DNA of 64,000 nucleotides from an uncultured delta proteobacterium (GTDB lineage: Bacteria; Desulfobacterota; RBG-13-43-22), in NCBI GenBank assembly GCA_963743305.1, contig CAVUPH010000020.1:132813-196812 (forward strand), given 5' to 3'. The translations under genes were made by a program, and so were the position numbers. Below the pieces are notes generated by a model, which saw nothing but the letters and a program-made list of their open reading frames with translations, was not told the origin of the DNA and did not search any database. Of the stretch, positions 40,536 through 51,268 are shown one piece after another (position 1 is the first letter of the stretch; every line of letters starts with the position of its first letter).

Positions 40536-41642
40536 TTGACACGGGATCCCCGATATGCCTGGCTGGCCTTATGCCGGATCTCCGGTATCGGCCGGGTTCT
40601 CTACCGGCGTTTGATTGATCGCTTCGGCGCGCCTTCCGTCGTTTTTCAGTCCGACCCCCGGGAACTCCTGGAAGTTGAGGGACTGAGGGAGCAGACCGCC
40701 CAGAACATCCTTCATTTTACAGGGGATGACGCGGTGAAGCGGGAGATCGAGGTCTTGGACAGACTGAAGATCCACCTGCTTACCTTGAGGGATCCCCTTT
40801 ATCCACGGCTATTGGCTGAAATTCACGACCCGCCGCCTTATCTCTATTATCAAGGCCGTGTCTCAGCGCAGGACAGTCGGGTAATGGCCATGGTGGGGTC
40901 CCGGAACGGCAGTCCTTACGGGATCAAGGTGACCGAACGGTTGGCCTACAGTCTGGCGCAACAAGGCTTGACGATTGCCAGCGGGCTGGCCCGGGGCATC
41001 GATACGGCCGCCCACGAGGGGGCCCTGTTGGCTAAGGGGCGCACTGTGGCGGTGCTGGGTTCCGGCCTGGATCAGATTTACCCGCCGGAGAATAGAAAGC
41101 TGGCGGAACGGATCGTGGAAACCGGGATGATCTGTTCGGAATTCCCTCCGGGGACCCTCCCGGAGCGGCAGAATTTTCCGGTGCGTAACCGGATCATCAG
41201 CGGCCTGTCTTTGGGAGTGGTGATTGTGGAAGCCGGCTTGCGCAGCGGTTCCCTGATTACGGCCCGATTGGCCCTGGAGCAGGGGCGGGAGGTCTTTGCC
41301 GTGCCCGGCAGCATTGAGTCTTTCAAAAGTTCCGGGACACATCGTCTGATCAAACAGGGGGCCAAGTTGGTGGAGCATGCCCAGGATATCCTGGAGGAAA
41401 TCCCGGAGGCGGCTACCGCCCGGCCGATGCTCCCGAACGAACAAGAGTTTTCCAGGCCCGTACCCGCCCTCACCCCGGAAGAGGAGCTGATTTGGAAAGC
41501 GCTGGCCGACGGACCGGTACAAGTGGATCCTTTGGCCCGCCAAACCGGACTGGGGATAGGCGTCCTCTTGTCTCGGTTGTTGGAAATGGAAATCAAGGGC
41601 TGGGTCAAACAGTTGCCCGGTAAATTTTTTGAAATAAGATAG
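40536..41642 (+). CDS. dprA: DNA-processing protein DprA
   Basis: VGSR, SGLARGID, FPVRNRIISG and SGSLITA motifs. Confidence 0.95.
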   Translation: MTRDPRYAWLALCRISGIGRVLYRRLIDRFGAPSVVFQSDPRELLEVEGLREQTAQNILHFTGDDAVKREIEVLDRLKIHLLTLRDPLYPRLLAEIHDPPPYLYYQGRVSAQDSRVMAMVGSRNGSPYGIKVTERLAYSLAQQGLTIASGLARGIDTAAHEGALLAKGRTVAVLGSGLDQIYPPENRKLAERIVETGMICSEFPPGTLPERQNFPVRNRIISGLSLGVVIVEAGLRSGSLITARLALEQGREVFAVPGSIESFKSSGTHRLIKQGAKLVEHAQDILEEIPEAATARPMLPNEQEFSRPVPALTPEEELIWKALADGPVQVDPLARQTGLGIGVLLSRLLEMEIKGWVKQLPGKFFEIR

Positions 41643-41652
41643 GAACCATTGA

Positions 41653-44130
41653 ATGGAAAAGTCTCTGTTGATCGTGGAGTCCCCGACCAAGGTTCGGACC
41701 ATAAAAAAATACTTAGGCCCCGATTTCGATGTCCGGGCTTCCCTGGGACACCTGAAGGACCTGCCTCCCAATCTGCTGGGAGTGGATGTGGAACATGATT
41801 TCAAACCGGAATTCCAAATCATCTCCGGGAAGAATAAGGTCCTGAAAGACCTGAGACAGGCCGCCCAGAAAGTGAAGCGTATTTATTTGGCCCCCGACCC
41901 GGACCGTGAAGGCGAAGCGATTGCCTGGCATATCGCCGAAGAATTGGCCGATCCGAAAAAAGAGTTCCATCGGGTTTTATTTCATGAATTGTCCCAGCGG
42001 GCCATTCAAGAAGCCATTCAGCATCCGGAACCGCTGAATGAGAATCGGTTCCAATCCCAGTTGGCCCGCAGGATTCTGGACCGTTTGGTAGGGTATCAGA
42101 TTTCCCCCCTGCTCTGGCAGAAAGTCAAGCGGGGGCTAAGCGCCGGCCGGGTCCAATCGGTTGCCGTGCGCCTGATCTGTGACCGGGAGAAGGAAATACA
42201 GGCCTTTAACTCCAGAGAGTACTGGTCGATCACGGCGCTGCTGAGCCCGGAAGAGGGGGTGGCCCGAGCTGCGGACGAAAGTCCGCCGTCCACTTTTGAG
42301 GCCAAGCTCCTCAAAATTCAGGGCAAGGCGGCCAAGATCGCCAACCAGGAGCAGGCCGATCGGGTCGTGGCCCAACTTTCAGGGGAATCTTTCCGGGTCA
42401 CCCGAGTCGATCGGAAAGAGCGACTGCGAAACCCCTCCGCCCCCTTCACCACCAGCCAGTTGCAGCAGGAGGCCTTTCGGAAACTCCGTTTTCCGGCTAA
42501 AAAGACCATGTTTTTAGCCCAACGGCTTTACGAAGGGGTAGAGGTGGGCGACCAGGGGTTGGTAGGGCTGATTACCTATATGCGTACCGATTCCACCCGG
42601 GTCTCCAAAGAGGCCCTGGAGGCTGTTCGAGGCCATATCGCGGCGCAATACGGCCCGGAGTACCTGCCGGCTCGTCCCTTAAGCTACCCCAATAAAAAGG
42701 GGGCCCAGGACGCGCACGAGGCCATCCGGCCCACCTCCCTGGATCATACTCCGGACCGGATCGCCTCTTTTCTGGAGAAGGATCTGCTGGGCCTTTATCG
42801 GTTGATCTGGAATCGTTTTGTCGCCAGTCAGATGAAGCCGGCCAAAATCGACCAGACCTCCGTGGATATTGCCGCCGGAGAGGGGCTCTTCAGGGCCACC
42901 GGCTCGATCCTGAAATTTCCCGGTTTTACCAAGGTCTATGTGGCCGGCAAAGACCTGACCGAAGGAGAGACGGTGGAAGAGGACAAGGCCGCTCAACTTC
43001 CCGACCTCCGAATGGAACAACTGCTGACGCTCTGGTCTCTGAACCCCAAACAACATTTTACGCAGCCTCCTGCTCGTTATACCGAGGCCACGCTGGTCAA
43101 AGAGTTGGAGGAAAAGGGGATCGGCCGACCCAGCACCTACGCCGCCATCATCTCCACTATTCAGGATAAGGAGTACGCCAACAAAGAGAAACAATTTTTC
43201 CGTCCCACGGAGCTCGGATTTTTGGTGACCGATCTGCTGGTAAAAAATTTCCCCGATATCCTGGATGTCCAGTTTACCTCCCAAATGGAGAATAATCTCG
43301 ATCTGATCGAAGAAGGGAAAATGAACTGGATCCGGGTGTTGGAGAATTTTTACCAGCCTTTCACGGAAGCGCTGGTTAAGGCCAAGGCTGAAATGAAACA
43401 AGTCAAGGGTCTGGGGTTAAAAACCGATATCGTCTGTCCCCAATGCAGCCAACCGATGACCATTCGCCTGGGGAAAAACGGGCCTTTTTTAGCCTGTTCC
43501 GCCTATCCTCAATGTAAGCAGACCCTGAATTTTACCCGTGACGAGCGGGGTAAGATCCAACCCCAGGAAGAGGCCCCCGAGGCATCCTCGGAAAAAAACT
43601 GCCCCCAATGCGAGAAGCCGATGGTGGTTCGGAAAGGCAGGTTCGGCGCCTTCTGGGCCTGTTCCGGGTATCCCCAGTGCCGGGAAACCCAGCCGCTGAT
43701 CCCCGGCGGACAGGCCCCGGTCGCCTCGGCGGCCGTCCCCACCGGCCAGGTTTGCCCCGAATGCGGCGGGGCCATGCTTCTGAAAAAGAATCGATTTGGC
43801 GGTGAATTTCTGGCCTGCGAGAAATATCCAAAGTGCAAGACCGCCCGGTCGCTGGAAACGGATATTCCCTGCGCCACTCCGAACTGCACGGGGAAACTGG
43901 TGCCGCGGATGACGAAGAGGGGGTTGCGCTTTTACGGCTGTAGCCGTTACCCGGAATGCAATTTTCTTCTCTGGGGAAAACCGGTCCAGCAGCCCTGTCC
44001 GGAGTGCCAGTCACCGCTGTTGGTGGAAAAGACCAGCAAACGGGAGGGAACCTACCTGGCTTGCCCGAATAAAGAATGTGGCTATAAAGAAAGCAGGGCG
44101 CAGGAGGATTCAGGGCCGGGAGGGGAATGA
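41653..44130 (+). CDS. topA: DNA topoisomerase I with C-terminal zinc ribbons
   Basis: IVESPTK, DPDREGE, SAGRVQS, ITYMRTD and GIGRPSTY motifs. Confidence 0.97.
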   Translation: MEKSLLIVESPTKVRTIKKYLGPDFDVRASLGHLKDLPPNLLGVDVEHDFKPEFQIISGKNKVLKDLRQAAQKVKRIYLAPDPDREGEAIAWHIAEELADPKKEFHRVLFHELSQRAIQEAIQHPEPLNENRFQSQLARRILDRLVGYQISPLLWQKVKRGLSAGRVQSVAVRLICDREKEIQAFNSREYWSITALLSPEEGVARAADESPPSTFEAKLLKIQGKAAKIANQEQADRVVAQLSGESFRVTRVDRKERLRNPSAPFTTSQLQQEAFRKLRFPAKKTMFLAQRLYEGVEVGDQGLVGLITYMRTDSTRVSKEALEAVRGHIAAQYGPEYLPARPLSYPNKKGAQDAHEAIRPTSLDHTPDRIASFLEKDLLGLYRLIWNRFVASQMKPAKIDQTSVDIAAGEGLFRATGSILKFPGFTKVYVAGKDLTEGETVEEDKAAQLPDLRMEQLLTLWSLNPKQHFTQPPARYTEATLVKELEEKGIGRPSTYAAIISTIQDKEYANKEKQFFRPTELGFLVTDLLVKNFPDILDVQFTSQMENNLDLIEEGKMNWIRVLENFYQPFTEALVKAKAEMKQVKGLGLKTDIVCPQCSQPMTIRLGKNGPFLACSAYPQCKQTLNFTRDERGKIQPQEEAPEASSEKNCPQCEKPMVVRKGRFGAFWACSGYPQCRETQPLIPGGQAPVASAAVPTGQVCPECGGAMLLKKNRFGGEFLACEKYPKCKTARSLETDIPCATPNCTGKLVPRMTKRGLRFYGCSRYPECNFLLWGKPVQQPCPECQSPLLVEKTSKREGTYLACPNKECGYKESRAQEDSGPGGE

Positions 44131-44141
44131 CGAAAAGGGCC

Positions 44142-44276
44142 CGTTTATATGGTTTATTTCGTTATTTCGTTTGTTTCGTTAAACACCAAACAACCCAAGG
44201 ATAGCGGTCTCAAAATAATATGACAGGATTCTTTGCAACCAAATAAACGAAATCAACCAAATAAACCAAACAAACC
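44142..44276. repeat. Inverted 9-nt-period repeat element
   Basis: cgtttatat ggtttattt cgttattt cgtttgttt ... caaccaaat aaacgaaat caaccaaat aaaccaaac. Confidence 0.8.
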
Positions 44277-44278
44277 TC

Positions 44279-45601
44279 TTGGCATCCAATAAATTGCTGA
44301 TCATCGGCGCCGGTTTGGCGGGCTGTGAGGCGGCCTGGCAGGCCGCCCGTCGGGGGATCGACCTGGAATTGTGGGAGATGAAACCCCGGCGATTCAGCCC
44401 GGCGCACCATTCAGCCGATCTGGCTGAATTGGTCTGCAGCAATTCCCTCCGTTCCTCTGACCTTCAAAACGCCGCGGGGCTGCTCAAGGAGGAGATGCGT
44501 CTCCTGGGGTCCCTGGTAATGGAATCGGCCCGGATCAACCGAGTCCCGGCCGGGAAAGCCCTGGCCGTGGACCGAGAGGGATTCGCCCGGTACATCACCC
44601 GGAGGATCCGGGAAAATTCGAAAATGCAATTGGTCTCCCGGGAAGCGTCGGAACTTCCGCCCTGGCGTCCCCTGATTCTGGCGACCGGTCCTTTGACGAC
44701 GGATGAACTGGCCTCCGCGCTGGCCTCTTTTCTGGGGAGGGAGCATCTGCATTTCTATGATGCCATTGCTCCGATTGTTTACGCCGAAACCATCGATGAG
44801 ACCAAAGCCTACCGGGCCTCCCGGTATGGCCACGGAGGGGATGATTATATCAACTGTCCGCTGTCCGAAGACGAGTATCGTCTTTTTGTCAGCCGACTGC
44901 TGGAGGCCGAACAAATACCCCTCCATCCTTTTGAATCCCAAAATTATTTTGAAGGCTGCCTCCCGATTGAAGTGATGGCCCGGCGCGGGGAAGAAACCCT
45001 GCGTTACGGTCCAATGAAGCCCGTAGGACTGCCCGATCCCCGGACAGGGAAGATCCCTCAGGCCGTGGTTCAACTGCGCCAGGACAACGCCGACGGTTCG
45101 CTTTACAATATGGTGGGCTTTCAAACCAAACTCAGGTGGAAAGACCAGGAGCGGGTCTTCCGTCTGATCCCCGGCCTGGAACAGGCCGAATTCGCCCGCT
45201 TGGGAAGCGTCCACCGGAATACCTTTGTGGACGGGCCCCGGGTATTGCTTCCCACCCTGCAGTTGAAGACGGACCCGGAAATATTATTAGCCGGTCAGAT
45301 CACCGGAGTGGAAGGGTACGTGGAATCAGCGGCCATGGGGATCCTGGCCGGGATCAATGCCGTCCGGCTGATGGCCGGCCGGCCTCCGGTGGTTCCGCCT
45401 CCGACGACCGCCCTAGGGGCACTGAGCGGGCATATCGGTCGGGAGGGCCCATCGGATTTTCAACCCATGAATATCAATTTTGGCCTTTTCCCAAGCCTGC
45501 CGGGCAGGATCCGTCGCCGGGAAAGAGGCGCTCATCATGCGAGCAGGGCGTTGGAGGATTTTCGAGCCTGGATGGCGGATGAGGGGCTGGACAGCGAATA
45601 A
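44279..45601 (+). CDS. trmFO: Folate-dependent tRNA (uracil-5) methyltransferase
   Basis: GAGLAGCEAA, ELVCSNS, FEGCLPIE, GFQT and GQITGVEGY motifs. Confidence 0.96.
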   Translation: MASNKLLIIGAGLAGCEAAWQAARRGIDLELWEMKPRRFSPAHHSADLAELVCSNSLRSSDLQNAAGLLKEEMRLLGSLVMESARINRVPAGKALAVDREGFARYITRRIRENSKMQLVSREASELPPWRPLILATGPLTTDELASALASFLGREHLHFYDAIAPIVYAETIDETKAYRASRYGHGGDDYINCPLSEDEYRLFVSRLLEAEQIPLHPFESQNYFEGCLPIEVMARRGEETLRYGPMKPVGLPDPRTGKIPQAVVQLRQDNADGSLYNMVGFQTKLRWKDQERVFRLIPGLEQAEFARLGSVHRNTFVDGPRVLLPTLQLKTDPEILLAGQITGVEGYVESAAMGILAGINAVRLMAGRPPVVPPPTTALGALSGHIGREGPSDFQPMNINFGLFPSLPGRIRRRERGAHHASRALEDFRAWMADEGLDSE

Positions 45602-45741
45602 TGAACATCGAACATCGAACATCGAACGTCCAATCTCGAATGAAGAACGAACCTCCCTTGCCGAGGAGGGAACACTTATTTCTGTTTCTTCATCTTTTCC
45701 CTTTAACCATTCGATGTTGGACGTTCGATGTTCGATGTTCA
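45601..45741. repeat. Inverted heptamer repeat element C
   Basis: (aacatcg)n arms with a core homologous to elements D and E. Confidence 0.85.
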
Positions 45742-45743
45742 AT

Positions 45744-46157
45744 TTAGTAAATGAGGGGAGCGGCCAGGGTCTCCGGTTCGTCCGCACCATCGGCCCGGTT
45801 TCGAAAGGCCACCAGATACAGCACGGTCTTTCCTATGTTTTTGACCGCGTGTTTGACTCGGGGCGGGATGATCAGATAGGTATGCTGGTCGGCCAACTGT
45901 TTTTGCTGAATGGCGTCCGAACCTTCATCCTGCCAGACGACCAGGAAAGGGCCGCCGCAGAAAAGGAGCCATTCCGTGACCCGGGGATGGACGTGGTTTC
46001 CCCGGATGGAGCCCGGTTCCAGGGAGACGGTGTGGAAGGAAGCCCAGTCGAGGGATAATCCGGCCGCCAGGGGGCTTTCGGCAAAAGGAGTAAAAGTCCA
46101 GCCCCGCGGTTCCAGCCGAAACCGGTCCGGCAGGGAAACAATTCGCAATGCATTCAT
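45744..46157 (-). CDS. Cupin-fold (WxcM/FdtA-like) protein
   Basis: PGSIRGNHVH...E...IPPRVKHA. Confidence 0.65.
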   Translation of the reverse strand: MNALRIVSLPDRFRLEPRGWTFTPFAESPLAAGLSLDWASFHTVSLEPGSIRGNHVHPRVTEWLLFCGGPFLVVWQDEGSDAIQQKQLADQHTYLIIPPRVKHAVKNIGKTVLYLVAFRNRADGADEPETLAAPLIY

Positions 46158-47176
46158 CGGCCGCTCCTATTTTAATCATTCATCAAGGGGCCCTGGGAGA
46201 CCTGCTGCTGTCCCTCCCGGCCCTCTATTCTCTGAAAACCTACCATAAAAACAATCCTTGGACCCTGGTGGGCCACACGGCCAACCTGGCTTTGCTTGAT
46301 CAGCGTTTCTACGCCCGGGCCATCCGTTCCCACCATGAAAAGGAATGGGCCTGTTTGTACGAGGAGAATCCCCTGCTTCCGGAACGGTTCCGTCTTTTTC
46401 TGGAAGCATTCGAGCGGGTATACATTTTTGCGCCCCAACCCCCGGAAGCGGTGATTCGAAATCTAAAAACCTGCGGCGCTTTCCCGGTGGACTGGATCCC
46501 CTCCTTCCCGGAGCCCAAGCGAAAAGAGTCCGTTCCCGCAGTGCAGCAGAGGGTTTTGGCGGCCCGGGGTATCCCCTGGGTTTCCCCGCAAAAACTCCTT
46601 TTCCCCACCGATCAGGATCGGCAGGCGGGTCTTCAGGTCCTCGACCGTATTGGAATCGGGGGCAGGCCGGAAGTTCTTCCCTGGGCCATTCATCCCGGCA
46701 GCGGCAGCCGGTCCAAAAACTGGCCCTTAGAGAAATTTCTGACTCTGGCCGATCAACTCCAAGCCCAACAGAAATGGGGGCCTTTCTTTATCCTGGGACC
46801 GGCGGAGGAAGAAGTTTCTCCGGGGATGGCGGAAACTATTCAGGCCCGGGGATTTCCGCTGGTTCGCCACCTTCCCGTAACCGTGCTGGCGGGACTCCTC
46901 GAACTTTCCTCCGGCTATTTGGGCAATGATTCCGGGATCTCTCATCTGGCGGCCGCCCTGGACCTTCCCAGCTTTGTTCTGTTCGGCCCCACCGATCCGA
47001 GACTTTGGGGCCCGGCGGGTAAAAGGGTCGTAATCCTCCGCTCCCAGGACTCCGGCGAGCCAGGCCGAGCGAAGGATTCTCTCTCGAAGGCCGAAGCAGG
47101 CGGTTGGGAGGGAATCCAGGTTTCGGATGTGCTGGCCGCGATCCTACGAAGTTCCCTTAAATCTTCCTTTAAATAG
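46148..47176 (+). CDS. Glycosyltransferase family 9 protein
   Basis: GALGD, IHPGSG..KNWP, GNDSGISHLAAA and LFGPT motifs. Confidence 0.88.
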   Translation: MHSSAAPILIIHQGALGDLLLSLPALYSLKTYHKNNPWTLVGHTANLALLDQRFYARAIRSHHEKEWACLYEENPLLPERFRLFLEAFERVYIFAPQPPEAVIRNLKTCGAFPVDWIPSFPEPKRKESVPAVQQRVLAARGIPWVSPQKLLFPTDQDRQAGLQVLDRIGIGGRPEVLPWAIHPGSGSRSKNWPLEKFLTLADQLQAQQKWGPFFILGPAEEEVSPGMAETIQARGFPLVRHLPVTVLAGLLELSSGYLGNDSGISHLAAALDLPSFVLFGPTDPRLWGPAGKRVVILRSQDSGEPGRAKDSLSKAEAGGWEGIQVSDVLAAILRSSLKSSFK

Positions 47177-47178
47177 AA

Positions 47179-47715
47179 TTAATCTTCCTTCTTTGGAAAG
47201 AGGGAGGAGCGGGGGATTTCCAGGCTTCCCGGGTGACCGCCACGGTCATCGGATTTAATCGGGAACTTTTGTCGATTCAGCGCTAGAAAAAAACCGCCTC
47301 TTTCGTCTTCTTCGATGTTTTGGGCGATCTGATAATAGGCGGCCCGAAGAAATCGGGCCGGTATCTGTCCGCCCTTCACTAATCCGTATAAGACGTTCTC
47401 CCCGCTGAGCCATAAGGTTCGGGGGTCCAGGACTTCCTGCCGTTCGTCGTTCAAGGTCAAAAGGAGCGCTTCGTTTTCCTCAGGGCCGGCTGGTATTCGA
47501 TCCACCCCCAGGATGACCAGGGGGGTATCCTCCACCTCGAGGACACACTTCTGATTGTTTAGATGGACCAGGTAACGGCCTTCCTCGTCTTTTTCCAGGT
47601 TCTGAATCAACCAGAGAAAGATGGGGCGATGGATGATCTCGGCGCCCTCATGAAACCATTTACCTTCTTTCCCGACAAAGATCATACAGGGAGGAAGGGG
47701 CTCCGGGGTGTTCAT
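47179..47715 (-). CDS. DUF1285-like protein
   Basis: GKWFHEG, VEDTP and ARFLRAAYY motifs. Confidence 0.7.
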   Translation of the reverse strand: MNTPEPLPPCMIFVGKEGKWFHEGAEIIHRPIFLWLIQNLEKDEEGRYLVHLNNQKCVLEVEDTPLVILGVDRIPAGPEENEALLLTLNDERQEVLDPRTLWLSGENVLYGLVKGGQIPARFLRAAYYQIAQNIEEDERGGFFLALNRQKFPIKSDDRGGHPGSLEIPRSSLFPKKED

Positions 47716-47870
47716 CGGGACGGGGCCTCGCTGGAGTGCCGGGCGTTGAAATTATTGAACAGACCGCCGGCCAACATCATCGGGGTCTCCGTGATCGCTG
47801 CGACAGCCCTGGTTTTCCCCCTCACGGAGACCTGATCGATGTTTCTTCCGCTAACCATAGAGGAACCCTC

Positions 47871-48320
47871 CTAAAAAGATTTCTGGCTGTCCAGGAGCAG
47901 CGTGACCGGCCCGTCATTGACAAGCCGGACCTCCATCATCTCCTGAAAACGGCCGCTGGCCACGGACAGGCCGGCTTCCTTTGCCTTTTGGATAAATAGG
48001 TTGTAAAGCGGTTCAGCCTTTTCGGGGGGGGCGGAATGAGAAAAGGAAGGCCTTCGTCCTTTCCGGCTATCACCCCAGAGGGTGAACTGGGAAACAATCA
48101 GCAGAGAACCATGAATATCCAGCAACGAAAGGTTGAACCGGCTGTGACCATCGGCAAAGATCCGCAGGTGCAGGACTTTCTCCACCAGATAGCGCACATC
48201 CTCCTCCGTGTCGTCCCGACCGACCCCTAGAAATATCAACAGACCGAGGCCGATCTCCCCCACGGTTTCATTTTGAATTCGAACGGAAGCCTGTTTGACG
48301 CGCTGGACGACTAGACGCAA
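47871..48320 (-). CDS. dtd: D-aminoacyl-tRNA deacylase
   Basis: VVQRV, SQFTL, GRRPSF and NDGPVT motifs. Confidence 0.96.
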   Translation of the reverse strand: MRLVVQRVKQASVRIQNETVGEIGLGLLIFLGVGRDDTEEDVRYLVEKVLHLRIFADGHSRFNLSLLDIHGSLLIVSQFTLWGDSRKGRRPSFSHSAPPEKAEPLYNLFIQKAKEAGLSVASGRFQEMMEVRLVNDGPVTLLLDSQKSF

Positions 48321-48513
48321 AGGAGAACCCCCTGGTGTATATCCATTCGATCCGGTCCTGAGGCAGTATAGGACCAGGAAATTCCGGGGGTCAAGGAAAA
48401 AGCTGCCCCGAAAAGTTGCTATTTCCTCGCGGTCAATTTTTACTTGGCATTCAAATTAGATAACCTTATAGTATCGTCCGGTAAACCAAGATCATCGCCA
48501 TAAAGGAGCATCC

Positions 48514-49738
48514 ATGAAAAAGTTGTTCTTTATCCTTTTAGGATTGTCTTTCTTGGGGCTTATCGGGTTGTCTCTGGCGGCTGATCCCGCCGGGAAAACG
48601 AATCCGGCCGAAAAGGCGGTCCCGGTCAAGAAATCGCCCCCCGCGGCGAAGAGTCTCCCCGTTGAAAAAAACATTCAAGAAGGACAACCCGCCGCCACGA
48701 AAGATGCGGGTGCCCCCAAGAAAGGCCAGTCCGGCGACAGCCGGCGTCTGGAAAATTTTAAGTCCAGTCTCCACCATACCGGCCGGGGACTGGCTTTTTG
48801 GTACGGAAAAGAACAAAAGGGTCTGGAACTCCTGACCGGGCAGCCGTATGAAAAATTGGCTTGCCGGCAATGCCATGTCGGATCCTGTCAGGGGTGTCAC
48901 CAACCGCTGAAAAAAGTCAATGCTCAGGCGGCCAAAATGGGTCCGGTGGATCAGGAAACCTGTCTGAAATGCCATGACCGTCTGGCGGGGCTGCAGCAAC
49001 AGATGCGGGAGATGAAAAAGGAAGATGTCCATACCGCCCGGGGCATGACCTGCCAGGACTGTCACACCACCCGGGAAATGCATGGAGACGGGAAGGTCTA
49101 TCAGTCCCAAAAGCAGCCGGGGGCGATGGATGCCCGCTGCGAACGGTGTCATCAGGAAATCACCCAAAACTACTCCCACCGGAAGCATGGGGGGAAAGTC
49201 TCCTGCCAGGCCTGTCACGCCCAAATGGTTTTGAACAGGACGAGCACCCAGTTCGAATTGCTGGCTAAGGAGGGGAAACGGAAGAGCCTTCCCCAAACCG
49301 ACTGGATTTTTCTGATGAGTCGGGGACGGGAATTGTCCGCCGCCGGTTTAGAGACCTGGGTGCTCCCGGACGGAAAGATTTTTATGGTCCTTTACCCCGG
49401 ACGGCAGCCACAGCATCGGCAAGACAGGCCGAAAATGCGCCGAGTGCCACGCCAGCCCCTGGATGCTTCAGGCCCAGAAGGGAAAAATGAATTTATCCTG
49501 GATGGAAAAAGGGGAGATACAAAGAGCAAAAGGACTTATCCCGGTGCTGGAGGGCGTCGTCTACAACCTGGCCCATCAGAAATTTGAAAATGAAAAATGG
49601 ATGCCCTTGGACCCTCCCGGTCCTGCAACCGTTCAATATGCCGGATATGCGGAAGCGGTTTCGGAGAAGCATTTCCGAAAAATGCTGAAGTTCAAGAGTG
49701 AAGAGTCAGGGTCCAAGGACAAAAAGAGAAAGAAATAA
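48514..49738 (+). CDS. Exported multiheme c-type cytochrome (7 CxxCH; frameshift ~49400)
   Basis: Signal peptide; CRQCH, CQGCH, CLKCH, CQDCH, CERCH, CQACH, and CAECH in the shifted frame. Confidence 0.85.
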
Positions 49739-49742
49739 ACCG

Positions 49743-51169
49743 ATGAATCATCATCTGCCCCAGCCCATTCATCATATCCACCTCATGGGTATCTGCGGGA
49801 CCGGCATGGGGTCCCTGGCCGGGATGCTGAAGGAGAGGGGATACCGGATCACCGGTTCCGACCAGACGGTCTATCCGCCCATGAGCACGTTTCTGGAAAA
49901 CCTGGGGATCCCCGTCCGGTTGGGATACCGCGCCGAAAATCTCAGCCCGCCCCCGGACCTGGTCATCGTCGGCAATGTGATTACCCGAAGCAATCCCGAA
50001 GCCCAGGAATTGATTCGTCTGGACCTGCCCTGTCTTTCCCTGCCCCAGGCCCTGGCCCACTTTTTTCTAAATGGAAAAATTCCTTTGGTCATAACCGGCA
50101 CCCACGGGAAGACCACTACCTCGGCTCTACTGGCCTCCCTGTTGGATCAGGCCGGACTTTCTCCGGGGTTCATGGTGGGGGGGATACTTAAAGGTTTTGA
50201 GCGGAACTACCAGATCGGGTCCGGACCCTACTTTGTCATCGAGGGAGATGAATACGACACCGCTTTTTTTGACAAGGGACCTAAATTCCTTCACTACCGG
50301 CCCCAATACGCCGTCCTGACCGGCATTGAATTCGATCACGCCGATATTTATCCGGATCTGAAGTCCATCCAGGAGGCCTTTGCCCGGTTTGTCGCCCTTC
50401 TGCCCCCAAAGGGGCTGCTGACGGTTTACGGTCCGGATTCCCGGATTCGGGAGATCATTGGACCGGGCCGCCTGTCCGGTGGAGACCTATGGCCTGGAAG
50501 GGGATTGGGACTGGCAGGCGAGAAATGTCCGGACCCATCTCTCCGGAAGCACCTTTGACGTGTATCCAGCGAGGGATTTTTTTCCGAAGCTTCGATTCTC
50601 CTCTAGTGGGGGAACACAATGCCCTGAACACCTTGTCTTTGGTCCCCCTGCTCTCCCGGCTGGGGTTAAGCCCGGAAGTCATGGCCCGGGGGGTGGCCGC
50701 GTTTCAGGGGGTCCATCGCCGACAGGAGGTGCGGGGGGTGAAGGCCGGGGTCACGGTCATCGATGATTTTGCCCACCATCCGACGGCGGTCCGCTTGACC
50801 GTTCAGGCCCTTCGGGACCAGTATCTGGGGCGGCGGCTGATCGCCGTCTTTGAGCCCAGAACCAACACCAGCCGGCGTTCGGTCTTCCAATCCGAATACC
50901 CTCGGGCCTTTGAGGGCGCCGACCGGATCATCATTCGCGAAGCGCCGGACTTGGCCAAGATTCCGGAAGGAGAACGATTTTCCTCCCGTAAACTGGTCGA
51001 GGATCTGAGGAGCCTGGACCGGCAAGCCGACTATTTTTCGGATACGGATGCCATTCTGGAGTTTCTAACGGGGGAACTTCGCAGCGGAGATGTGGTCCTG
51101 ATTATGTCCAACGGCGGTTTTGACAACCTGCACCAGCGACTCCTGGACAGTCTGGAAAGAGAGGTCTGA
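49743..51169 (+). CDS. mpl: Murein peptide ligase (frameshifted ~50460-50580)
   Basis: GICGTGMGSLA, GTHGKTTT, EGDEYDTAFFDK, DDFAHHPTA and MSNGGF motifs. Confidence 0.92.
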
Positions 51170-51262
51170 CGGACTCGTAAAAGTCCTCCCCGCCAAAGGC
51201 GGGGTTAAGCGCCGGACTGGGGCAGGGGTGGCACCATTTGAATTCACTTTGCGAGGTTATCA
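51167..51262 (+). mobile_element. Internally deleted copy of the TIR-shell MITE
   Basis: tgacggactcgtaaaagtcc ... ttaagcgccgg..ccatttgaattcac tttgcgaggttatca. Confidence 0.75.
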
Positions 51263-51268
51263 GGTCTC

